Source: a virus. Taken from it: a stretch of 52,198 nt of DNA. The notes below the pieces were generated by a model, which worked only from the letters and a program-made list of their open reading frames with translations, was not told where the DNA came from and searched no databases. Numbering within the stretch: position 1 is the stretch's first letter; each line of letters begins with the position of its first letter. Positions 40,329 through 47,623 of the stretch are shown one piece after another. The DNA lies in the IMG/VR virus record IMGVR_UViG_3300012927_000002, positions 1 to 52,198 of that record; one strand, written 5' to 3'. The position numbers and the translations under genes were made by a program.

Positions 40329-43300
40329 CTAGAGCTGGTTGACGACGCCGCGCATCGCCAGGCCGGACGGCTCGATCAGGTAGACCCGGGCCCCGCTGGT
40401 GAACGTGGCCACCAGGTCGTGCGAGTAGACGTTCGCCGCGAGCCCGGCGTTGTCGGCCGGAAGCACGGTGATCGCGACCTGGGGCGTGACCGCGCCCGCC
40501 GTGATGACGATGCCCGCGCCGAGCGACTTGCCAACCAGTGCCGGATCCGGGTCGCCGCGGTTGAGCTTGACCTGCCACTCGAGCGTGACCACCTGCCACT
40601 TTCCCGTGGTGAGGTCAACTGGTAGTCCGGTGTCGGGGTCAAGTACACCAACTGTGATCACACGGCTCTCGCCGCGGAGCATCTGGAGGTAGAGCTGCAT
40701 CGTCCTGCCTTCGCGGGTGAGAAGACGTGGCGCCCGCGCGACCACGATCGGTCGAAGGTCGACCAGCGGCGGGGTGAAGTTGAGGGCGGCCGAGAACGGC
40801 GACGCCTCCCCGCCCTGCTGCGCCGTCCGCACACGGAGCAGGAAGTCGGGGAAGTACGGCGCCCACAGCGGCGGCGCGGGGGCCTGTGGGATGACCAGGA
40901 CCGGGCCGACCGCCTCGCCTGGCGCCGTCCGGCGAGCTCGCAGCGGGACCATGACCGGCTGCGCCAGCCAGCTGTTGACCGCGGGCACCACCGGCGGCGG
41001 CACGATCGCCACGGGCGCGACCTCGCCGGCGGTCTGCCGCGAAATCGTGCGGGCGAGCGCGTGCGGGAAGCTCGGCGACCAGGAGGTGACGAGCGGGACC
41101 GCCGCCGGCGCGGGCGTCGTGACCGGCGCCGTCTCGCCGCCCTGGAGGCGCACCAGGGCGCGAGGCGCGGCGTCCGGGAAGCTGGGCGCCCAGCTCGAGA
41201 TCGACGGCACCGAGGCCGCGACCACGACGACCGGGGGCGCCGTCTCGCCGGCCGTGATCCGGATCGGCGACCGGGGGATCAGGTCAGGCGCGCTCGACCA
41301 CCACGGCGCCGGGGCGAAGTTCAACGCCGGCGCGGTCTCGCCGGATGGCTGCCGACGTGAGGCGCGACCGATCAAGTCGGGGAACGCGGGGGCCCAGCTC
41401 AGCAGCGGCGCAGCCGGCGCCGGAAGCCGCGGAGGCGCAGTCTCGCCGCCCTCGAGAACCCGGCGCGCGCGCCGCGGGATCTCGTCCTGCCGATACAGCC
41501 AGTCAAACGGCTGCAGGTCGGTCGTCACCGCCTGGAACGCGAGGTGCCAGAGGATCGCGCCCTCGGGGCCGTCGCCGCTGACCGTGCCCTGCGTGCTGTA
41601 CTTGTAGGTCCCGGCGATGTCGACCAGGCGGGTGAACACCTCGATCTGGATATAGCCAGCCGGGTCGCAGTCGCCCTCGGCGCAGACCCGCGCGATCCGC
41701 GTGTAGCCTGCCGGCGTGGTGAAGATGTGGCCCTGGTTGACGTTGCCGTTGCCGCCAACGATCGCGACGAGGAGGGCCTTGGCGGTGGTGGTGACCGCCG
41801 CGCTCGTGATCGTCGCCGAGGTCCCGTTGGCGACCTCGAGCACGCTCGACGACTGCAGGATCGGCGTGTTGAACAGCTCGAGGCCGGCGATCACCACCTC
41901 GTCTTGCTGGCCGCCGATGTTGCCGATCGCCGCCGACCAGGTGTGCCCCGCGCCGCCAGCCCCTCGCGCGATCGAGACCGAGAACGAGGAGCTGGGGAAC
42001 GCGTCGTAGTTGCGCGGCGCGCTCGGGATGTAGCTGTACGTATTGCCGAACGAGTCGGTCGCCTGGTTCGGCGCGGTGGCCTGGGTGCCGCGCGCGAAGA
42101 TCGCCAGGAACGTCGAGTACAACGGCTGCGTGTTGACCGTGCGGACGAGCGTGTGTGTGCCGGTCCCGGCGTCCGTGAGGTCGACCGCGGTGCCGGCCTT
42201 GGCGAGCGCCGGCGACAGCGCGAGCTTCACGGTCGTCGTGCTCGGCACGATCATGTAGTAGAGCGTCGTCGAGTCGGACCCCGCCGGCAGCGTCCCGGTC
42301 GTCGAGAGCCGGAACGGGCCGGCCGTCACGATCATCCCGTGCGTGCCGGTGGTGAGCGTGTCGGTCGCCGCGACCGCGGTGAACGTGAGGTCCGTGCCGA
42401 ACGTGGTGAGCGGCGTGGCGAAGGCCAGCTGGTTGAGGATGTTCTGCCGGACCGCGCCGTCTCCGACGGTCAGCGACCTGCCGCCGGACGGCGGCGGCGA
42501 GACCGCCCCGGCCGCAGCGTGGAGCGGATGGCGGGCCCGGTTGATGATGTCGGGGAACGTCGGCGCCCACGACAGCGGCGAGACGGGAACGGTCAGGACG
42601 ATCGCGACAGGCCCCATCATCCCGCCGACGTTGAGCGGGCTCCGGGCTCGCGGAACCAGATCCGGAAAGACCGGCGTCCAGCTGAGGGGCGGCGCCGGGA
42701 TGTTCGTGATGACCGTGACCGGGCCGGTGACGCCGCCGACGTTGAGCGGGCTCCGGGCTCGCGGCACCAGATCGGGGAACTGCGGCGTCCAGGACATCGC
42801 TGGCGCCGCGGCGGCGAGCGTGATCTTCTCGGGCGCGCACTGGCCGCCGACGTTGAGCGGCGCGCGCGCCCGAGGGATCTGATCCGGGAACGTCGGCGCC
42901 CACGACAGCGGCGGGACGGGCGCGCTCGGCAGGACGGGAGGCGCGACCAGGGCGGCGACCAGGAGGGCGGCGCTGGCGACGCGGCGCACCGGCATCTCGT
43001 GGATGCACGGAGACCACGACATGTCGGGCGTCAGGTCGTCGACGTTGCTCAGCGTTCCGACGAAATCGAACGTCGGCCCCGGCGTGAAGCTGCCCAGGTA
43101 GAGCGTGTCCGTGACGTCGTGGTACGGCCCGGCCAGCGTGTACGAGAACGTGCCGTTTCCGGTCAGCGCGCCCGAGATCGTGACGGTCTTCGCGCGCGCA
43201 TCGTCGATGACCGTGATCGGCGTACCACCGAGCCAGGTCAGCGCCTGGTCGAAGACCGTGGCGTCCCCGGGGGCGGTGAACTTCTGGAGGTGGGTATCGA

Positions 43301-43487
43301 CCAGCCAGATCCCGCCGTGCGCGCCCGAGAACAGGATGTGGAAGTTGCCGCCGGTGTACGTCGCGCTCGCCGCGGTCGGCGTGAACACGAACCGGGTCAC
43401 CCCGAAGTTGAACGCCCTGGCGTACCCGTTGTACGTGCCCGGCGCGAACGAGCGCGGGATCGACGGTACCGGCAGGACCACCGTCAT
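40329..43487 (-). CDS. Giant tail-fibre/receptor-binding-type protein with two arrays of SWxPxFPDxxPR modules
   Basis: 1052-aa single ORF. Layout: N-terminal about 160 aa, hydrophobic segment (167-190), 4 repeats, about 320-aa central beta-rich region, about 7 degenerate repeats, and a C-terminal about 120-aa Ig/BppU-N-like domain. Confidence 0.65.
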   Translation of the reverse strand: MTVVLPVPSIPRSFAPGTYNGYARAFNFGVTRFVFTPTAASATYTGGNFHILFSGAHGGIWLVDTHLQKFTAPGDATVFDQALTWLGGTPITVIDDARAKTVTISGALTGNGTFSYTLAGPYHDVTDTLYLGSFTPGPTFDFVGTLSNVDDLTPDMSWSPCIHEMPVRRVASAALLVAALVAPPVLPSAPVPPLSWAPTFPDQIPRARAPLNVGGQCAPEKITLAAAAPAMSWTPQFPDLVPRARSPLNVGGVTGPVTVITNIPAPPLSWTPVFPDLVPRARSPLNVGGMMGPVAIVLTVPVSPLSWAPTFPDIINRARHPLHAAAGAVSPPPSGGRSLTVGDGAVRQNILNQLAFATPLTTFGTDLTFTAVAATDTLTTGTHGMIVTAGPFRLSTTGTLPAGSDSTTLYYMIVPSTTTVKLALSPALAKAGTAVDLTDAGTGTHTLVRTVNTQPLYSTFLAIFARGTQATAPNQATDSFGNTYSYIPSAPRNYDAFPSSSFSVSIARGAGGAGHTWSAAIGNIGGQQDEVVIAGLELFNTPILQSSSVLEVANGTSATITSAAVTTTAKALLVAIVGGNGNVNQGHIFTTPAGYTRIARVCAEGDCDPAGYIQIEVFTRLVDIAGTYKYSTQGTVSGDGPEGAILWHLAFQAVTTDLQPFDWLYRQDEIPRRARRVLEGGETAPPRLPAPAAPLLSWAPAFPDLIGRASRRQPSGETAPALNFAPAPWWSSAPDLIPRSPIRITAGETAPPVVVVAASVPSISSWAPSFPDAAPRALVRLQGGETAPVTTPAPAAVPLVTSWSPSFPHALARTISRQTAGEVAPVAIVPPPVVPAVNSWLAQPVMVPLRARRTAPGEAVGPVLVIPQAPAPPLWAPYFPDFLLRVRTAQQGGEASPFSAALNFTPPLVDLRPIVVARAPRLLTREGRTMQLYLQMLRGESRVITVGVLDPDTGLPVDLTTGKWQVVTLEWQVKLNRGDPDPALVGKSLGAGIVITAGAVTPQVAITVLPADNAGLAANVYSHDLVATFTSGARVYLIEPSGLAMRGVVNQL
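40773..41507 (-). repeat. Degenerate coding repeat array 2 (about 7 units of about 35 aa: SW(A/S)P(A/S)FPD..PR.....GGE(T/A)AP)
   Basis: Read from translation residues 661-905. Confidence 0.7.
42482..42917 (-). repeat. Coding tandem repeat array 1 (4 units of about 112 nt: PLSW(A/T)P.FPD..PRAR.PLNVGG)
   Basis: Near-identical DNA segments, e.g. gggaacgtcggcgcccacgacagcggcg at about 42553 and about 42887, and ccgccgacgttgagcgggctccgggctcgcgg twice. Confidence 0.8.
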
Positions 43488-43493
43488 CGGTGG

Positions 43494-43772
43494 CTACCCT
43501 ACAAGCTCGACGCCGCGAAGGAAGACCCTACGGCCCTCCATCTTCTCGAGCTTGGCCTCGAACGGGACACAGGTTCCGGCGTCCGAGCACGGGCCGCAGG
43601 TCGCGCGCATGCACAGCCGGCAGAACCCGCCGATGTCCGCCTCGCTCTGCCCGGCCTGGAAGTGCACCACGCGCGAGCAGTGGCAGCACGTCAGCGTGTG
43701 CATCTCGACCGTCGGGGCATCCGGGTCGACGATGATGGCCGCGCCGCGAAAGCTGGCCTGCGACCGCGACAT
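43494..43772 (-). CDS. Cys-rich small protein (10 Cys; probable zinc binding)
   Basis: 92 aa from ATG 43772: ...MHTLTCCHCSRVVHFQAGQSEADIGGFCRLCMRATCGPCSDAGTCVPFEAKLEKME.... Confidence 0.5.
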   Translation of the reverse strand: MSRSQASFRGAAIIVDPDAPTVEMHTLTCCHCSRVVHFQAGQSEADIGGFCRLCMRATCGPCSDAGTCVPFEAKLEKMEGRRVFLRGVELVG

Positions 43773-43773
43773 G

Positions 43774-44223
43774 CTAGAGCTCGAACACCGTGGCGTTGGC
43801 CCGGCACGACACCAGGGCGCCGGCGGTCGGCGTCCGCACGGCGAGCCCGTTCGCGCTGGTCGCCGGGGTGTACAGCTCACTGCCCGGAGGGGCGACCCAC
43901 CGGTAGGTGGAGCGCTGGTTGAGGCCGATCGACAGCCTGACCTGGTTGGCCGTCAGCGTCGGGTCGGCGGAGTGGTTCTGGCCGGCCGTGATCGTCGGCG
44001 TGCCGTCCGCGGGATTCGCCGCCGTCAGCGTGATCGACGTGTTGGTACCCTGGGTGGTGCACGCCTGGACCTCCCACACGAAGCCGAAGTCACCCGGGGT
44101 GGCCTCGGCGGCCCCGAACATGATGTCCGACATCATGCTCCGCCGGGTGGTCGCCGGGGACCCCCAGCTGCCAACCGACAGTGTGGCGGATGCCGTCCGG
44201 GCCATGACGATTTGGATCTGCAT
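43774..44223 (-). CDS. Hypothetical beta-rich protein
   Basis: 149 aa: ...DFGFVWEVQACTTQGTNTSITLTAANPADGTPTITAG...RSTYRWVAPPGSELY.... No family named. Confidence 0.5.
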   Translation of the reverse strand: MQIQIVMARTASATLSVGSWGSPATTRRSMMSDIMFGAAEATPGDFGFVWEVQACTTQGTNTSITLTAANPADGTPTITAGQNHSADPTLTANQVRLSIGLNQRSTYRWVAPPGSELYTPATSANGLAVRTPTAGALVSCRANATVFEL

Positions 44224-44261
44224 GACCCCGGGTTACACGAGCGGGACCCCTGGGTCCACAG

Positions 44262-44441
44262 CTACCGGCGCGCGCGGCCGTTGCCCCAGCCGCGGACCGG
44301 GCCGTTGCCCTCCTTCATCGTGTTGATGTCCCGGTTCTGCAGCTCGATGTCGACCTCCGAGATCGAGCGCCGTGCGTCTTCGGTCTCGTTCTGGCTCAGG
44401 AGCTTCGCGATCGCGTTGTTGGGCGGCAGCACGTAGGACAT
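44262..44441 (-). CDS. Hypothetical small protein (59 aa; below the track cutoff)
   Basis: Hand-translated as MSYVLPPNNAIAKLLSQNETEDARRSISEVDIELQNRDINTMKEGNGPVRGWGNGRARR. Third-position GC is high, and it is the first ORF after the divergent intergenic region. Confidence 0.35.
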   Translation of the reverse strand: MSYVLPPNNAIAKLLSQNETEDARRSISEVDIELQNRDINTMKEGNGPVRGWGNGRARR

Positions 44442-44460
44442 GAGGCCAGGCTACCACGCC

Positions 44461-44489
44461 TTGACACCGGTAGCTTTGTGTTGCATTGA
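44461..44489 (+). promoter_or_regulatory. Candidate promoter for a leaderless RHH-cassette transcript
   Basis: TTGACA-17 nt-CATTGA, then 7 nt to ATG 44497. The -10 is weak and no SD is present. Confidence 0.3.
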
Positions 44490-44496
44490 TTAGCTA

Positions 44497-44778
44497 ATGC
44501 CGCCAAAGAAACCACCACTCCCATCGGCCATCAACATCCGCCTCAAGCGCGATGAGGCCGCCGCCGTCATCGCCGACGTCCAATCGATCAGGGAGAGTGC
44601 CGACGTTCCGCTCACCGTAAGCGGATACGCCAAGCACGCGCTCCTGTCGTACGGCAAACTCCGCCGGATGGAGATCAAGCTCCACATCATGCTCGAGGAG
44701 TACAGCAAGGAAGAATCCGGGCTGCCCAACAGGGACTTCGTCGCCCGCTGTCTCACCATCGTAAAGGAGGCGTCATGA
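44497..44778 (+). CDS. Ribbon-helix-helix (MobC/CopG-like) protein
   Basis: 93 aa. PSAINIRLKRDEAAAVIADVQSIRESADVPLTVSGYAKHALLSYG has a strand-helix-helix pattern. GC is lower than in the flanking DNA. Confidence 0.55.
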   Translation: MPPKKPPLPSAINIRLKRDEAAAVIADVQSIRESADVPLTVSGYAKHALLSYGKLRRMEIKLHIMLEEYSKEESGLPNRDFVARCLTIVKEAS

Positions 44779-46022
44779 TCCCGCTCGTCTGCCTTACCGA
44801 TCCCACCGGCAGCTGGCGCTTTGCCGCCTACAAGTCCTCGCTCAAAGTGATCTCGCTGCAGCGCGAGGAGGTATCCAACGCCCACGGCCCTCACTCGACC
44901 TGGATCACCGTCCGCGGGATGACGACCAGCGGGCCGGGCACGCTCGGCATCATGGTCACCGGCGTGAACATCGCCGGTGCCAGGGATCCCGTGTTCCATG
45001 TCGCCAACCTGACCGAGGCCGAAGAGATCCTCCGAGTCGCGGTGCGCCACCACCTGGCCGAGGAGAAGCGCCGCGCTGAATCTGATGCACAGGAGATCGC
45101 CGAGGAGGTCACCCAGGATCGAATCGTCGACCAGCTCGAGAAGCTGGGCAAGGAGAACGAGCCCCCGCCCGGCTGGCAGGGGCGGGTACTCGCCGCGGTG
45201 GATCCGGATGCGCAGGCCGCCTGCCTTCGGAAGCAGGCCGCCAAGCTCGACGAGGCGAACCAGCTGATCACGGACATGATGCGGGTCATTAACGGCAAAG
45301 TCGGGCCGATGCATTGCCCCGCGTACAGCGCCGCGCAGCAGAGTATCGCGGCAAGGGTCAACGTCTACTTCGGCGCGCCGGCGGCGCCCGGCCCGACGCC
45401 TCAGGAGATCCGGAATGCTGAAATCGAGGCTGGACTCCGCGAACTTCTCACAAAGTTCGCAGCCGGCTATGTCGATGCCGGATGCCTGATCAGGTTGCGT
45501 GGCCTGGTCGGTCCTTCGTCCAGCACGGAGCCCACGCCGACCGAGATCGCCCGGCGACTGCTGGACGCGTGGCAGGCCGCGTGCGAGGCGCCGGCCGGCT
45601 CTCTGCGTGTATCACCCGAGGAGTTCTCCGCGTGGTCTGGGGCCACGAAGGACATCCTCATCGCCAACGGCCTGGAGTGGAGCGTGGCCCGGGATTGCTA
45701 CGGAATTCCCGACCCCATCGGGGGTGAACGTCGGGTAGGCAATCGGGTCGACGCACGGACCGCGGCGTCCGTGGCCACCGACCAGATCGTGAAACTCTAC
45801 GACAGCCTCTTGTCCATGACCGAGAAGCGCGACCGCATCGCTGGGGAGAAGGCCGACCTCAAGGCGAAGGTGGCTGCGCTCGAGGTCAAGCTGGAGCGCT
45901 TCACCCTGTGGATTATCACGCACTCCAAGCATGGCCCGAACGGCAGCGGTACAAGAGGACCGTGCGAGCCCGACTGCACCAAGTGCGCGGCCGAGAAGGA
46001 CTACTACCGCCTCAGGGCTTGA
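44775..46022 (+). CDS. Large hypothetical protein coupled to the RHH gene (coiled-coil segments, C-terminal CEPDCTKC)
   Basis: 415 aa. ATGA overlap, preceded by AAAGGAGG. I recognise no domain. The 3' end overlaps the endolysin 3' end by 11 nt. Confidence 0.65.
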   Translation: MIPLVCLTDPTGSWRFAAYKSSLKVISLQREEVSNAHGPHSTWITVRGMTTSGPGTLGIMVTGVNIAGARDPVFHVANLTEAEEILRVAVRHHLAEEKRRAESDAQEIAEEVTQDRIVDQLEKLGKENEPPPGWQGRVLAAVDPDAQAACLRKQAAKLDEANQLITDMMRVINGKVGPMHCPAYSAAQQSIAARVNVYFGAPAAPGPTPQEIRNAEIEAGLRELLTKFAAGYVDAGCLIRLRGLVGPSSSTEPTPTEIARRLLDAWQAACEAPAGSLRVSPEEFSAWSGATKDILIANGLEWSVARDCYGIPDPIGGERRVGNRVDARTAASVATDQIVKLYDSLLSMTEKRDRIAGEKADLKAKVAALEVKLERFTLWIITHSKHGPNGSGTRGPCEPDCTKCAAEKDYYRLRA

Positions 46023-46596
46023 CGCGAAGCAGGTAGCCGCGGTGCTGCGCCTTCGGCCACGTCACGTTGTGCGCGTCGACGACGGCCCCGGTCGTGGACC
46101 GAATCGCGTTGATGCGGCCGTCCGGCCCGTGGCACTCGACGACATCGAGGAGCGAGAACTTCGGCCTCGCCGGATCCCACTGGCGCACGCGGTTCACGCC
46201 CGTGCAGATCTGGACGTGGCCCACCCAGGGCTCGGGGTGACCGGACAAGTGGATGGTCGGGTACGCCAGGAGGTCGCCGGGCCGCGGGTCGTCCCTCACC
46301 AGCTCGAACAGCTCCGCGGCGTGGAATGCGTCCTCGATCGCGCTGTTCGAGTTGAGGTCGTCGACCACGGAGGCGCCGCCGGGGAAGTTGGCGTCCGCGC
46401 GCCAGCCGCGGTTGAACATCGGGCGGTGGCCTGGGAGCCCGTAGCAGTGGCGGACCGCGAACGAGAAGCAGTCGTAGACGCCACGCTCCGCGTCCTCGTC
46501 TCGCGCACCGAGCAGGTAGATCCCCGACCCGACCAGGACCAGGGCCTCGGCGACAGCGCGCGCGGCGGTGCGTGCCGGCCGCGGTCCGGTGTTCAC
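46012..46596 (-). CDS. Endolysin candidate: NlpC/P60- or CHAP-like cysteine peptidase with a SAR-like N-terminal segment
   Basis: 194 aa from GTG 46596 (GTGA overlap with the holin-like gene). AVAEALVLVGSGIYLLGA is a weak TM segment. Candidate Cys is in GVYDCFSFAVRHCYG and candidate His in WVGHVQIC. Confidence 0.5.
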   Translation of the reverse strand: MNTGPRPARTAARAVAEALVLVGSGIYLLGARDEDAERGVYDCFSFAVRHCYGLPGHRPMFNRGWRADANFPGGASVVDDLNSNSAIEDAFHAAELFELVRDDPRPGDLLAYPTIHLSGHPEPWVGHVQICTGVNRVRQWDPARPKFSLLDVVECHGPDGRINAIRSTTGAVVDAHNVTWPKAQHRGYLLRVKP

Positions 46597-47042
46597 GGCG
46601 CGACAGCCTTCTGCGCCGCGGACTCCATGCCCGGGATGTGGGCCTTGAGCCACTCCCAGACGCCGGCCGCCGTGGCTGCCGTGGTGAGCGCGGTGACGAC
46701 CAGGCCGAGCGACACGCCGGCGCCAGCCGCGAGCGCGATACCCAGCGTGCCGGCGAGCGACATCAGGAACGCCAGGACGAGCCCGCCGAACGGCGTCTTG
46801 AGCACCTCCGGCCCGAAGCGGCGCAGCGGGTAGACCACGCCGATCAGCACGACGCCAACGACGATGCCCCACTGCTTGCCGGTCACCGCCGCGTACAGCG
46901 CCTTGAGCCAGCCTGCCGCGTCGACGTCCGGCGCCGGCGGCGCGTCCGCGGCGGCCCACGCGTTACGGGTGAGGACGAGGAGCGTCAGGAACGACGCCAG
47001 GAGAAGGAACCCGGACCGAAGGAGTCGTGACAGGAGTTGCAT
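46593..47042 (-). CDS. Holin-like multi-pass membrane protein
   Basis: 149 aa with 3-4 hydrophobic segments (FLLLASFLTLLVL, WGIVVGVVLIGVV, LVLAFLMSLAGTLGIALAAGA, LGLVVTALTTAATAAGV). It lies directly upstream of the endolysin gene. Confidence 0.55.
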   Translation of the reverse strand: MQLLSRLLRSGFLLLASFLTLLVLTRNAWAAADAPPAPDVDAAGWLKALYAAVTGKQWGIVVGVVLIGVVYPLRRFGPEVLKTPFGGLVLAFLMSLAGTLGIALAAGAGVSLGLVVTALTTAATAAGVWEWLKAHIPGMESAAQKAVAP

Positions 47043-47361
47043 GGCTTCCGGTGTCGCATGCCGCCCTGTCAGCGTACAAGCCGGAAAGGGCGTCCAGAAG
47101 CCCCGCTAGTCGCGTGGCGTTGCCCGGGTCGAAGCACAGGGCACCCGGGCCGAACGCCGCGGCACATCGCGCGCTGTCAATTCGTTCGGGTCTTACCGGG
47201 AGCGGAGGGAGGGTTGCCGGGCACAGCTGGCGGATCTCCACCGGCACCGGAACCCTGACCTCCACCGGATGATCCACGGTCACGGTTCGCGTACAGCCGA
47301 TTGGTGATGCTGTCGTACATGTCGTCAGCAACAGGAACACCAGCCTTTGCGAGCTTTTCAA
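46963..47361 (-). CDS. o-spanin candidate (Pro-rich lipoprotein-like ORF overlapping the i-spanin gene out of frame)
   Basis: TTG start preceded by aAAGGAGatctccTTG. The signal-like N-terminus is KSSQRLVFLLLTTC, and the mature part is Pro-rich and Cys-containing. The lipobox is atypical (T at -1). Confidence 0.45.
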   Translation of the reverse strand: MKSSQRLVFLLLTTCTTASPIGCTRTVTVDHPVEVRVPVPVEIRQLCPATLPPLPVRPERIDSARCAAAFGPGALCFDPGNATRLAGLLDALSGLYADRAACDTGSHATPVTTPSVRVPSPGVVPDAPRPHP

Positions 47362-47623
47362 GGAGATCTCCTTTGTCCGCGTACGCTTTGTCCAGGTTCA
47401 TCTTGAGGCTCGAGGCGGTCGCCACGGCCTCCTTGAGCTGCATCACGGCCGTGGCCTGCGCGGACGCCGCGAGGTCGGCGGCGCGCTGCGCCGACTCCGT
47501 CTTGACCTCCGCGATCCGGGCGCGGTCCGCCGCGTCATTCGCGTCGCCGCGGGCGCGCCAGGCGAAGAACCACCCGGTAGCAGCGACCAGGCCGCCGGCG
47601 ATCCCGAGGATGACGGTCAGCAC
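47177..47623 (-). CDS. i-spanin candidate (N-terminal TM plus periplasmic coiled coil)
   Basis: 148 aa. MLTVILGIAGGLVAATGWFFAW is followed by a helical Ala/Asp/Lys-rich region and a Gly/Pro tail. Confidence 0.55.
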   Translation of the reverse strand: MLTVILGIAGGLVAATGWFFAWRARGDANDAADRARIAEVKTESAQRAADLAASAQATAVMQLKEAVATASSLKMNLDKAYADKGDLLEKLAKAGVPVADDMYDSITNRLYANRDRGSSGGGQGSGAGGDPPAVPGNPPSAPGKTRTN

